DNA of 64,000 nt from contig NC_086097.1 in assembly GCF_963921235.1 (NCBI RefSeq), positions 1,178,001 to 1,242,000 on the forward strand. The letters run 5' to 3'. Of this stretch, positions 49,361-62,140 are shown one piece after another. How positions within the stretch are numbered: the stretch's first letter is position 1; every line of letters begins with the position of its first letter. The position numbers and the translations under genes were made by a program. The notes below the pieces were generated by a model, which saw only the letters and a list, made by a program, of their open reading frames with translations, was not told where the DNA came from and did not search any database. This DNA comes from Mobula hypostoma. Lineage: Eukaryota.

Positions 49361-51642
49361 AGTCTGATCTAACTAGCTTCTCCCAATCCACTTTTGCCAG
49401 CTCCTGTTTTATCATACTGAAATAGGCCTTCTCTCAATTCAGGATCTTAATATCTGCTCTATTCTTGCCTTTCTCCAAAATAAGACTAAAATCTGTAGTC
49501 TTTCACTGGTCTAACCGCTTGTCTGCCACATTCCCTACGATTAGGTCAGGCGCCAGCCTCTCTCTGGTAGGTCTACCTGCACATTGTCTCAAAAAGCTCT
49601 CCAAAATGCACTTTAAGAATTCCACTGCATCTAATATTTTAACACTCAGAAAAGTAGGGATCTTCACACTTAACTGACATTACACCGCACCCCCTTGCCC
49701 GGTGTGTCTAAATCACCCTGAAAACTCTGCATTTTCCACACAATCCACAGCCTCATCCTCGAGAATCAAAACAACCTTTCAAACTACACCTGTGCCTTGA
49801 TTCTGGTGGAGTTGCACCCGTCATCGCCCACCAACCTGTTTCTCCCTGATTTCTGCTTTCTGCCAAAAGAGCACTTTCAATTCATGCCAAAAGAAGTATC
49901 TAGCTGCTTTCCTTCCACAGCTGTAGTTTTAACGTCGAACATTCCATTAGATGCTGACTGGAGTTTTCACTTTTATCTAGAACTAGCAGCTTCTACGGTG
50001 TTTGAATAAATATGCTTGTGGAGGTTTGCACATTAGATAATCTTGGACAGTTTCCGTAGCTGAACTTTGGGAATATACTGAGGGCACGATTCATGAAATG
50101 TGCTGTCTTTCACTTCATTAACCACCTGCTGATTCCAGATCAAAAGGTGTGTTTGTGCATGAGCACGAGGTAGATACACACAGCATGGAGGCCCAGAACA
50201 ACCACTAAATAGTACATCACCTCAATACCACAGCTTCTTCCACTGGGTAAGGTGACACCAGTGGCTGCTGACACATCGTGGTGTCACTCCCATGTGGGTC
50301 ACTGTAGCCTGCTGCAGCCGACTCAGACTAAAAGTCATCCGTGAGCAGAAAGTGACTCAAAATCGTACCTCCGATGGCAACATGCGAAGAGGGAGGATGA
50401 ATGAGGAAATCGTAGCAGTTGTGGTGCCGTAACCGAGAAGGTGGTTTGCTGCTATGCTCTGTAATACATACACTGCACATGATTAAACGATCAGACAACA
50501 ATCATTCGTGAGAAGCTGCATGCCAACACAAACCATACACCAGGGAGACGAGATTCACCGAAAGACCATCACCACCAAACACCTTGTCACACCAAAAGAC
50601 CATCACCACCACCTTGTCACAATGCCACCAACTACCATTAACAACATGCTCTTGGCTCCTCATCTGAACACTCACATTTCACCGGATCCACATGCAATGC
50701 GATTGAGTTTGCTCTGGCAAAGGTGTTGGATTAATTACTCTGATTTGAAGGCCAGAGAGGTAAGCAACACAATGTTAGTAGCAGTGCCCAGGAGGTTTAA
50801 ACACACACACTTCAGTGGGGCAGCTGACTGAACCACTTGCTCCAGCTTCAATTAATGTCCTGTTGAGACCAAACACCAAACACAGGCAAAGTTTGAAGTG
50901 AAACGATCAGCTTGATCTAAAACCCAGCTCCAGCAGTTTCCCCACAAGTGAACAAGCTGCATGTGGTCTGAAGGCTTCTTGGCGACTGTGATCCAGAGCA
51001 GCAACTACTGGGCTGGACACCTGTCACCAGTCGGACTGAGAAGAACCACGATGTGGAAGGCTGGGCATAGTTCTAGCTCTACCATCTGCATGTTTGATGT
51101 GAGTTACCAGAGTCGGGGCTGGGGAGGGGTTAGACGGCGGGTGAGGGTGGAGTAGCTGCTGCCGCCAGGGACAAGTGAGGGGCCAGCAGAGGGATGCAGG
51201 TACTGGGCTGAGGGGACACACTGACGAAATGCTGCCACGTAAACCTGACGGGTCTAGAGAGCTGTTAGTCACAGAGCCTGCGAAGATGCAGCGGGTACAG
51301 GAACACTGGTGTAGCCATCAGACCATGAGTTAGCCCACAACCTTCCTACGGAGCAACCACAGTGCCAAAGAAAAGGTGAACGCCCGTGGTAAATAACATC
51401 TTCCAGAAGGGAATGGAAACAGACTTGCTAGCAGCCTCAAGCTGGAACAGTCTCACTACCTCCTGCAGCTTCCATGTGTTGGCCTTTACAAGGAGAGCAC
51501 TGATCACTGATTCTGCTTTCTGTGCCAGCTCACCTCGGGGACAAGAGCTTTGCGGACTTTTCTTCCAGCAGGCCTGGAAAACTCCAGCCATGGAAAGCAG
51601 CAGGAGATTCATTGCCATTCCATTCTGACCACCTCCCCTTAG

Positions 51643-51887
51643 ACTCCCTTATCCAAAGCAAAGGAGCCGTCCTTATCCAAAGCAAAGGGGTGGTGTGTGA
51701 TGATGACATTGATAAGATTTACAACTCTCCGAGTGAAGAGATTTCTACTCTGTCAGTCTCAGCCACCCGGCCCCCTACTTCTGCACCGCTGGCTGAGGGC
51801 AAGTACACAAATGGGAATCGTAATATCCAAGAAAGCAGGGAATTACCATATTCCATACGTAGTCCAAAGGGTGAAACTCTGACAAAG
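51643..51887 (+). CDS. Candidate host-gene exon (unidentified, low-complexity peptide)
   Basis: ttctgac-cacctccccttAG acceptor, a 245-nt open frame and an AAG|GTgaga donor, in a non-repetitive island. Confidence 0.35.
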
Positions 51888-52186
51888 GTGAGACACAGAG
51901 TTTCATACAGTAATACAGCACAGAAACATGCCCTTTGGCCCAATCTGTCCCCACTGAACTAGCTGCCTATATACACTAATTTAGAGCGTGTGTAATTAAA
52001 TCCTGCTCCAAATGGTTAAACCGTATCTGCCACTACTCAGCAAGCACTACAGGTGTGCTGCAGTATTGGAGGGGCTGTCTGTTTTCTGCCAAGTTAAATC
52101 GAGGCTGTTCCCTCCTCAGCAGATGTGACCGGAGGAGCAGCAAAGCAGTACCTAACTGACCTGGCTATTGTTACTTATTATTTAGA

Positions 52187-52433
52187 TGTGGCCACCCGCA
52201 CACGCGGGACTCGAACCGCCATTGGGAGCCGCGGGCAGACATGCGGTAGCGCGTTTGGAACTACCCGCTCGGGGCGGACCTTCCGGGGACAGTCTGAGGC
52301 CACGTCTGCCCCGCGGGTCGCAGGGACCCACGGGAGGGGAGATTTAAGCGTGTGATTTTGAATCAGTAAAGGCATTCTGAGTTCAGCTGTCTCTGCCTCT
52401 GTTTCTTTAGTGGCGCGTTTGCGCGCAACTGCA
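52187..52433 (+). repeat. 5' LTR
   Basis: TG...CA termini. Direct repeat of 54598-54848. Confidence 0.93.
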
Positions 52434-52434
52434 T

Positions 52435-52449
52435 TGGTGACCCCGACGT
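52435..52449 (+). promoter_or_regulatory. Primer-binding site, tRNA-Trp
   Basis: tggtgaccccgacgt is complementary to the 3' end (...acgtcggggtcacca) of vertebrate tRNA-Trp and lies 1 nt after the LTR. Confidence 0.88.
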
Positions 52450-54597
52450 TCCAGACGGCATCTGGAGCCGGCGACTCAGCGACCAGCCATGAGTTCCAGC
52501 AACTCGCACAGCGCAGTCTCTCTCAAGCTCCTGACTTTCTGGGCCACTCAGCCCCACGTTTGGTTCGAGCAGGCTGAGGCTCAGTTCAGTATCAGAGACA
52601 GCTGACACCACGTGGTACTACTACGTGGTCAGCACGCTCGACCGGGAGATCGACTTCTTGGGCCACAGAGTCAACCAACATGGCGCAGTTCCCCTACCGG
52701 ACAAGGTCTAGGCCATCCGCCAGTTCCCCAAGCCCAACACGGTCAAGGGCCTGCAGGAGTTCGTAGGGATGGTCAACTTTTATCATGGGTTCGTGCTGGC
52801 GGCGGCACGCATCATGAGACCCTTGTTCAGCCTGAAGTGGCACAGGACGCGGAGTCCACGGAGGCGTTCGAGCAGGCCAAGGAGGCACTGGCAAAGGCGG
52901 CCCTCCTAGTGCACCTGAGAGTCAATGTACCCACAGCACTCACAGTCGACACTTCCGACACGGCAGTCAGCGGAATCCTGGAGCAGATCGTTGAGGACCA
53001 GTGGCAACCACTCGCTTTCTTCAGCCAGCACCTACAGCCACCAGAGGTGAAGTACAGCACTTTCGACAGAGAGTTGCTAGCACTCTACCTGGCTGTCTGG
53101 CATTTCCGGTACTTCCTCGAGGGAAGGGAGTTCACTGTGTATACGGACCACAAGCCCCTCACCTTCGCACTGGGCAAGGCATCAGACCCATGGTCGGCTC
53201 GGCAGCAGAGGCACCTGTCCTTTATATCAGAATTCACCACGGACGTCCGCCACATCGCAGAGAAGAACAATGTCATCACCAACACGCTGTCTCACCCCTG
53301 CCTCCATTCAGTAGGCATATCATCCTCAGGAATAGACTACGCAGCACTGGCAGAACCACAACGGTCGGACACCCGAGATCCCGGCTTACCGCACCACTGT
53401 TTCGGGGCTCCAGTTGGAGGACGTCTCCATCGGCCTGGCAGCGGATCGACTCCTGTGCGACGTGTCTACCGGCAAACCCCGACCCGTGGTACCAGCAGCA
53501 TGGAGGCGCCAGGTGGTCGAAACGCTGCACGACCTGGCTCACCCGTCCATCCGGGCTGATAGTGGACAGATTCGTCTGGTATGGTTTGCACAAACAGGTC
53601 GGACACTGGGACAGGACCTGCGTACACTGCCAGACCGCCAACGTCCAGCGGCACGTGAAGGCTCCCCTCCAGCAGTTCCAGCCGACGCACAGGAGGCTCC
53701 AACACATCCACGTGGACATCGTCGGCCCCCTGCCAGTCTCCCGGGGCGCCAGGTATATTTTTACCGTGGTAGACAGGTTCACCAGATGGCTGGAAGCCAT
53801 ACCACTCGCAAACACGTCCACTGAGTCCTGCGCCAGGACGCTCAATGCAAACCAGATCACCAGGTTCGGCCTCCCAACGGACATCACCTCCGACAGAGGG
53901 GCGCAGTTCACGTCTGGTTTGTGGACAGCACTGGCGCAGCTCCTGGGCACCCAGCAGCATCACACCACAGCGTACCATCCCCAGTCCAACGGTTTGGTAC
54001 AGCGATTCCAGTGGCATCTCAAGTCGGCCCTGATGGCATGCCTCAGGGGCCCCAACGGGACAGATGAGCTTCCCTGGGTCCTACTGGGCATCCGCACAGC
54101 CCCCAAGGAGGACCTGGACACCTCCTCGGCAGAATTGGTCTACGGTGCCCCCTGACGGTTCCAGGCGAGTTCGTACCAGAGGCCCGAGGTTCAGAAGAAA
54201 CTCAAGCAGCGGTGCTAACGAGGCTGCGGGACAAGGTAGGGACCCTGGCACCGGTCCCGACCTCCAGGCATGGACCCACGCTATCCTTCACCCCTAAAGA
54301 CCTCCGAGACTGTGAGTATGTTTTTATTCGCAGGGGCATGCACATGTCACCTCTACAGCGGCCGTACGAGGGACCCTTCAGGGTGATCCGGCACAATGGA
54401 GCCACGTGTGTCGTGCAGGTGGGTGGCCGGGAAGAGACTTTTACAGTGGACCGCCTCAAACTGGCACACTTGGACATTCAGCAACCAGTGAGGGTACCCC
54501 CACCGCTCCAGCGAGGCCGGCCACCCAGGCAAGCCACACAGACTGGGGGCTCCACTCCCCCGATGGACGTTTCTGGGGGGGGGGGGGGCGGGAGGGG

Positions 54598-54848
54598 TGT
54601 GGCGACCCACGCACGCGGGACTCGAACTGCCATTGGGAGCCGTGGGCAGACACGCGGTAGCACGTTTGGAACTACCCGCTCGGGGCGGACCTTCCAGGGA
54701 CAGTCTGACGTCACGCCCGCCCCGCGGGTCGCAGGGACCCATGGGAGGGGAGATTTAAGCGCGCGATTTTGTATCAGTAAAGGTATTCTGAGTTCAGCTC
54801 TCACTCCCTCCATGTGTTTCTTGAGTATCGCGTTTGCGCGTTACTATA
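54598..54848 (+). repeat. 3' LTR
   Basis: Follows a G-rich PPT (54575-54597) and is followed by the TSD. Confidence 0.93.
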
Positions 54849-54852
54849 TAGA

Positions 54853-56178
54853 GATACTTACTTCAGTGGTTGGTAAGTTGATGGAGAACATCCTGAGATT
54901 TATGAACATTTGGAGAGGTATAATATAATTAGGAATAGTCAGCATGGCTTTGTCAAAGGCAGGTCATGCCTTACGAGCCTGACTGAATTTTTTGAGCATG
55001 TCACTAAACACATTGATGAAGGTAGAACAGTAGATGTAGTGTATATAGATTTCAGCAAGGCATTTGATAAGGTACCCCACGCAAGGTTTATTGAGAAAGT
55101 AAGGAGGCATGGGATCCAAGGGGACCTTGCTTTGTGGATCCAGAATTGGCTTGCCCACAGAAGGCAAGGAGTGGTTGTAGATGGGTCATATTCTACATGG
55201 AGGTTGGTGACCAGTGGTGTCCCTCAGGGATCTGTTCTGGGACCCCCAACTCTTCATGATGTTTATAAATGTCCTGGATGGGTTAGTAAATTTGCCGATG
55301 ACACAAAGGATGGGGTGCTGTGGATAGTGTGGAGGGCTGTCAGAGGTTACAGCGGGACATCGATAGGATGCAAAACTGGGCTGAGAAGTGGCAGATGGAG
55401 TTCAACCCAGATAAGTGTGAGGCAGTTCATTTTGGTAGGTTAAATATGATGGCAGAATATAGTATTAATGGTAAGACTCTTGGCAGTGTGGAGGATCAGA
55501 GGGATCTTGGGGTCTGAGTCCATAGGACACTCAAAGTTTTCGTGCAGGTTGACTGTGTGGTTAAGAAGGCATACGGTGCATTGGCCTTCATCAACCATGG
55601 GATTGAGTTCAAGAGCTGAGAGGTAATGTCACAGCTATATAGGACCCTGGTCAGACCCCACTTGGGAGTACTATGCTCAGTTCTGGTCACCTCACTACAG
55701 GAAGGATGTGGGAACTATAGAAAGGGTGCAGAGGAGATTTACAATGATGTTGCCTGGATTGGGGAGCATGCCTTATGAGAATAGTTTGAGTGAACGCGGC
55801 CTTTTCTTCTTGGAGCGACGGAGGATGAGAGGTGACATGATAGAGGTGCGTAAAATGATGAGAGGCATTGATTGTGTGCATAGTCAGAGGCTTTTTCCCA
55901 GGTATTGAAAACTGTTTTCAGCTGCTTGGAAGCAGGTACAGAGGAGATGTCAAGGGTAAGTTTTTTACACACACTCACCACTCTCTGCGTAATGGGCTGC
56001 TGGCGACGGTGGTGGAGGCGGATACGATAGGGTCTTTTAAGAGACTCCTGGATAGGTACATGGAGCTTAGAAAAATAGGGCTATGGGTAACTCTAGGTAA
56101 TTACTAAAGTACATGTTTGGCACAACATTGTGGGCCGAAGGGCCTGTATTGTGCTGTAGGTTTACTACGTTTCTATCT
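54853..56178 (+). mobile_element. CR1 subfamily B, 5'-truncated
   Basis: [26 protein letters not shown]..tail. Confidence 0.92.
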
Positions 56179-56179
56179 G

Positions 56180-56418
56180 TACAGCGTGGAATAGGCACTT
56201 ACAGTTCTGTGAGCCGTGCCACCAGCTATCCCCGAATTTTAAACCTTGCCTAAACCTAATCAAGGGACGATTTACAATGACCAAATAACCTACTACTGGG
56301 TACACCTTTGGCCATGTGATCTTGTGGAAAACATACAAGCTCCTTACCAAGGAAGCAGGGATTGAACTTCGAATTCCGACACTCTGAGTTGTATTAGTGT
56401 CATGCTAACTGTGGCGCC
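56180..56418 (-). mobile_element. HE1-like V-SINE (decayed)
   Basis: Minus-strand tRNA-like head with gttcaatccc B box, a V-domain-like agcttgtatgttttcc segment and a CR1-like 3' tail. Confidence 0.6.
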
Positions 56419-57352
56419 CTTATCTCCACATCAGAGATAATAATATGTGCAAGGGCTGCTATGTGCCTTCCACCAGTACACTCAGCATGTTTGCAAATCA
56501 CCTCACCAGCTCTGCAGCTCTTGAGATGACCTGAAAGAGGCTTAAAGCTGCTACACAAATGCAGCTCTTTCAGTCTGCATGCCCTTTGATAAGAATCGCA
56601 GGATAGAAGAGAACGGAGAAATGAACACTGTCATGTTAACATGCAGCAGGTCCAAGTAAAAACCAAATGTGATCACAAGAACGGTTCGTGATTACACATC
56701 CCCATAATTACAGTTCGCAATATAACAGTACATCCTTTCCCACAAACAAAAGGTACTGGATAGGAATTTCTGAATGAGCATTGATTAGATTATTGATTTT
56801 TAAAGGCTTAGGAGAGAAGCTGAGAAATGTCAAAGCTATTTGACATGTTTAGTTTTTACAGTGATGATTAGGATTACAACAATGACAGGGACAATATTTG
56901 TGGGGAATAGTGATTCAAACGTATAGTAAAGTAATGAAGTGACATGCAATCTAACCAACTGGTAGACAGCTGGCAGTTGATATACAGAGCAAGGACAGTT
57001 GCGACATATTGTCTTCTGTTTCTAACCATGAGCTGTCCTTGGGGTGCTTGGGATGTCTTGAGAACTAATTGAGAACTGGATATTCAAGAGTTTCTTAGCT
57101 CAAGGAGGAGCGATTTCAGAGCATCGGAGAGATTGCTTCCTGGACTGTCTGTTGTGGGAGCATTTAAGGTCTAATCAGCCCAAAAAAATGGACACTTTTG
57201 ACATTTACAGGCAACTGGAACGAAAGGAGTGTCTTGAGGAATACAACGTATGTAGGGGGGAAGTGAAAAAAAAGGGGCTATGGAAAAACCCTTGGTAAGT
57301 AAGGTAGTATCCCAAGACTTTCTGTAAGTAAAAAAAACTTGATAAGAACTCA

Positions 57353-57563
57353 AGGCAACACACACAAAATGCTGGAGGAACTCAGCAGGCTAGGCAGCAT
57401 CGATGGAAAAAAGTACAGTCAATGTCTCAGGCCAAGATGTCTCAGCCTATAAATGTTGCCTGTACTTTTTTCCATAGATGCTGCCTGGCCTGCTGAGTTG
57501 CTCCAGCATTTTGTGTGTGTTGCCTGAATTTCAAACACCTGCAGATTTTCTCTTGTTTGTACT
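57353..57563 (+). mobile_element. Second Penelope-derived palindromic mini-element
   Basis: 11-bp TSD ataagaactca (57342-57352, 57564-57574). ~66-bp arms at 57353-57418 and 57460-57525 with about 3 mismatches, and a decayed hammerhead remnant in the loop. Confidence 0.88.
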
Positions 57564-57565
57564 AT

Positions 57566-57740
57566 AAGAACTCAGTGGGTGAGGCAACATCTAAAGATGG
57601 AAATGGATAGACAGTATTTTGAGTTGAGACCTACACTCAGGGCATATGAAGTATTTTGACTGAAACACTGACTGCACATTTCCCTCCTCAGATGTTGCCT
57701 AACCCGCTGAGTTCTTCCAGCATTTTGTTTTTTTTTTACT
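57566..57740. repeat. Older related palindromic element
   Basis: gaactcagtgggtgaggcaacatct ... agatgttgcctaacccgctgagttc inverted arms. Confidence 0.65.
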
Positions 57741-58028
57741 CCAGTGATGTGTGGAGCCAGGCAGGGTCCTCACAGAATATTTCTCATTTGCATTCACGAA
57801 GGAGATGACCTTCCGGTTTGAGATGGTGCTGGTGAAACACAGTGACGACTTACTGACAGCAAACAAAACTACTAGCTACTTTATTAATCACGTTTTCTGG
57901 AAAACAATCACTGCAATCAACAGCCTGCAGCTTCCCTTTCGGAGCTGTGGTTTTGAACCGCCAGTACAGCCTGGCATTTTTGTGCTGCGAACTGAAATCT
58001 CGAAGGGGCGGGATGGTTGGGGTGCGGC

Positions 58029-61000
58029 GAATCAGAATCAGGTTTATTATCACCGGCATGTGACGTGAAATTTGTCAACTTAGCAGCAGCAATTCAATGC
58101 AATACATCATCTAGCAGAGAAAAAGAAGTAAATAAAATGATAAATAAGTAAATCAATTACAGTGTACGTATATTCAAAGGATTAAAATAACGTGCAAAAA
58201 AAAATACTGTATATTAAAAATGATAGTGTCCAAGGGTTCAATGTTCATTTAGGAATCGGGTGGCAGAGGGGAAGAAGCTGTTCCTGAATCACTGAGTGTG
58301 TGCCTTCAGGCTTTTGTATCTCCTACCTGATGGAAACAGCGAGAAAAGGGCATGCCCTGGGTGCTGGAGGTCCTTGATAATGGACGCTGTCTTTCTGAGA
58401 CACTGCTCCCTAAAGATGACCCAGGTACTTTGTAGGTTAGTACTCAAGATGGAGCTGACTTGATTTACAACCCTCTGTAGCTTCTTTCAGACCTGTGCAG
58501 TAGCCCCCACCCCCCCCATACCAGACAGTGATGCAGCCTGTCAGAATGCTCTCCACAGTACATCTATAGAAGTTTTTGAGTGTATATGTTGACATGCCAA
58601 ATATCTTCGAACTCCTGATGAAGTATAGCCGCTGTGTTGCCTTCTTTATAACTACATCAATACGTTGGGACCAAGTTAGATCCTTAGAGATCTTGACACC
58701 CAGGAACTTGAAACTGCTCACTCTCTCCACTTCTGATCCCTCTGTGAGGATTGGTATGTGTTCCTTCATCTTACCCTTCCTGAAGTCCACAATCAGCTCT
58801 TCCATCTTACTGACGTTGAGTGCCAGGTTGTTACTGTGGCACCATTCCACTAGTTGGCATATCTCACTCCTGTACACCCTCTTGTCACCACCTGAGATTC
58901 TACCAACAATGGTTGTATCGTCAGCAAATTTATAGATGGTATTTGAGTTATGCCTAGCCACACAGTCATATGTATATAGAGTAGAGCAGTGGGCTAAGCA
59001 CACACCCCTGAGGTGCGCCAGTGCTGATCGTCAGCGAGGAGGATCACCAATCCACAGAGATTGTGGTCTTCCGGTTAGGAAGTCGAGGATCTGACTGCAG
59101 AGAGAGGTACAGAGGCCCAGGTTCTGCAACTTCTCAGTCAGGATTGTGGGAATGGTGGGATTCGCTCTCTCCGGGCGGCCCAGCATGGCACAGCAGCAGC
59201 GGCCTTTCGGATCTGGTGTTACTTTAATTTAATTTTAAGGCACAGGTTTTGATTAGGGCACATGGATAACAGAGCGACTATCTACCATCGCCAGATACTG
59301 CTACAATACGGAGATCGCCCAAAAACAAACCTTCATCAAGACCTGCTGGTTAAATTACGCGATCTTGGCTTGCTGAGGGGATCGGGCCTACAGTCCTCGG
59401 AGTCGCCTAATGCCAGTGGCCAGAGGCGGAGAGGTCGTAAGCGGTGCGCGAGGAAGCGGAAGCGAGGCAAGCGGGCAGGAGTCTGTGCCAGGCAGAAAGC
59501 AAACCTTAGCCGGCCGGCTCTCCCGTCCATTCTGCTCTCCAATGTCTGCTCCCTGGACAATAAATTGGACTACATCTGACTCCAACGAAATACTCGGCGG
59601 GAGTACAGAGTCTGCTGTGCGTATGTTTTCACAGAAATGTGGCTCTCCGATGGAATCCTGGACGCCGCCATTCAGTTGGACGGGCTTGTCTTGTTTTGAG
59701 CAGACAGAAATGCAGCTCTTTCCGGTAAGACTCGCGGTGGTGGCTTGTGTGTTTACATCAATACGGAATGGTGCAAGAACTCTGTGCTGGTTTCAAGATA
59801 CTGCTCATCGCTAGTGGAGTTTGTGACTGTTAGATGCAGACCATTTTATTTACCACGGGAATTCACCACTGTCCTTATAGTTGGTGTGTACATTCCTCCC
59901 AGCGCTAATGCTAAGTAGGCGTTCTGTGAACTCTATGGGGCTATTAGTGAGCTGCAGATCGCACACCCTGATGGACTGTTTATTGGCGCCGAAGATTTTA
60001 ACCATGCGAACCTTAAGTCAGTGCTCCCCAGATTCCATCAGAACGTGGACTTTGCAATGAGAGGGGAGAACGCGTTGGACATTGTTTACACAAACATTCC
60101 CGACGTGTACCGGGCAGAGCCCCGACCCCACCTCGATTACTCAGACCACATCTCTGTTATGCTAATCCCAGCATACAGACCGCTCGTCAGATGCTCCAGA
60201 CCAGTTCAGAAGCAGGTGAAAACCTGGCCAGCAGGAGCCATCTCTGCTCTTCAAGACTGCTTTGAGCACACTGACTGGCACATGTTCAGGGAGGCTGCAA
60301 CCGATGGCAATTCTACCAACTTAGAGGAGTACACGGCATCAGTGACAGACACTTACACTACACGCTGCATCCCTAAAGCGAACAGCATTATGAAGGACCC
60401 TACGCACCCCTCATACAAACTCTTCTCCCTCCTACCATCTGGCAAAAGGCACCGAAGCATTCGGGCTCTCACGACCAGACTATGTAACAGTTTCTTCCCC
60501 CAAACCATCAGACTCCTCAATACCCAGAGCCTGGACTGACACCAACCTACTGCCCCCTACTGTGCCTATTGTCTTGTTTATTACTTATTGTAATGCCTGC
60601 ACTGTTTTGTGCACTTTATGCAGTCCTGGGTAGGTCTGTAGTCCAGTGTAGTTTTGTGTTGTTTTACGTAGTTCAGAGTAGTTTTTGTATTGTTCATGTA
60701 GCACCATGGTCCTGAAAAACATTGTCTTGTTCTTACTGTGTACTGTACCAGCAGAAATGACAATAAAAAGTGACTTGACTTGACTTGATTAAATGCTGAG
60801 CTACAGTCAATGAACAGCATCCTGACGTAGGTGTTTGTGTTGTCCAGGTGGTCTACAGCTGTGTGAAGAGCCATTGAGATTGCAACTACATTAACCTATT
60901 GTGACGATAGGCAAATTGCAATGGGTCCAGATCCTTGCTGAGGCAGGAGTTCAGTCAGGTCATAACCAACCTCTCAAAGCATTTCATCACTGTCGATGTG

Positions 61001-62140
61001 AGTGCTACCGGGCGATAGTCATTAAGGCAGCTCAGATTATCCTTCTTTGGCACTGGTATAATTGTTACCTTTTTGAAGCAAGTGGGAACTTCCACCCGTA
61101 GCAGTGAGAGGTTGAAAATGTCCTTGAATACTCCCGCTAGTTGGTTGGCACAGGTTTTCAGGGCCTTACCAGGTACTTCATCGGGACCTTCCACCTTACA
61201 AGGGTTCACTCTCTTTATAGACAGCCTAACATCGGCCTCTGAGACAGAGATCACGGTCCTCTGGCGCAGCAGGGATCTTCACAGCTGTAGTTGTGTTCTC
61301 CCTTTCAAAGTGGGCATAGAAGATGTTGAGTTCATCTGGTAGTGAAGCATCGCTGCCATTCATGCTATTGGGTTTGGCTTTGTAGTAAGTGATGTCTTGC
61401 AGACCCTGCCAGAGTTGTCGTGCATCCGATGTTGCCTCCAACCTCATTCGAAATTGTCTCATCACCCTTGAAATAGCCCTCCGCAAATCATACCTGGTTT
61501 TCTGGCACAGGCCTGGGTCACCAGACTTGAATGCCACAGATCTAGCCTTCAGCAGATGATATACCTCCTGGTTCATCCATGTGGGAATGTACAGCAAGTC
61601 TTTGTAGGCACTGACTCATCCACACAGGTTTAATGAAGTCGGTGACAACTGCAGCATACTCATCCAGGTTCAAAGATGAATCCCTGAATACAGTCCAGTC
61701 CACTGATTCAAAGCAGTCCTGTAGCCGCTCCTGTGTTTCCCTTGTCCATACCTCTTGGTCCTCACTACTGGTGCTGCAGTCTTCAGTCTCTGCCTATACT
61801 CAGGATGTAGAAGTACAGCCAGGTGATCAGACTTCCCGAAGTGAGGGCGTGGAACAGCACGGTAGGCATTTTTGATGGTGGTGTAGCAATGGTCCAGTGT
61901 GTTGTTACCTCTGGTATTGCAAGTGATCTGTTGATGGTAAATGCTTTGTGATTTTTTTCAGACTGGCCTGGTTAAAATCTCCCAAAGCGATGGTGAAGGC
62001 ATTAGGGTGTGCTGTTTCATGCATGTTGATTCCATTGCTCAGATCATCTAAAACCTGCTTGACATTGGCCTGAGGTGGAATGTATACTGCCACCAAAATG
62101 ACCCCGGAGAACTCCCATGGTAGGTAAAATGTATGGGTCA
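58029..62140 (-). mobile_element. Rex1/Babar LINE (EN, RT and 3' end), split by the insertion at 59163-60786
   Basis: (gattct)n tail at 58029. [39 protein letters not shown] and GDFN motifs. The sequence is collinear across the insert. Confidence 0.92.
59163..60786 (+). mobile_element. Rex1/Babar element with 5' end + endonuclease joined to 3' end, RT absent
   Basis: [44 protein letters not shown], then [15 protein letters not shown] and a (gactt)n tail. Candidate TSD gatt. Confidence 0.88.

Larger units (their letters stand above)
52187..54848 (+). mobile_element. Gypsy LTR retrotransposon, CsRn1-like, internally deleted
   Basis: Two LTRs, TSD taga (52183-52186, 54849-54852), PBS and PPT. 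Gag N-terminus VSLKL..FW..P.VWFEQAEAQF, RNase H (YSTFDRELLA, YTDHKPL), integrase (HVDIVGPLP, SDRGAQF) and a GPF motif. Confidence 0.95.

Noticed and set aside
50555..50640. His-rich ORF and caccttgtcaca repeat
   Set aside because: A short local tandem duplication with no support for coding.
51024..51628. Short overlapping ORFs on both strands
   Set aside because: No recognisable domains, and the lengths are compatible with chance.
53276..54813. Long antisense ORFs over the Gypsy integrase
   Set aside because: Shadow frames expected in GC-rich coding DNA.
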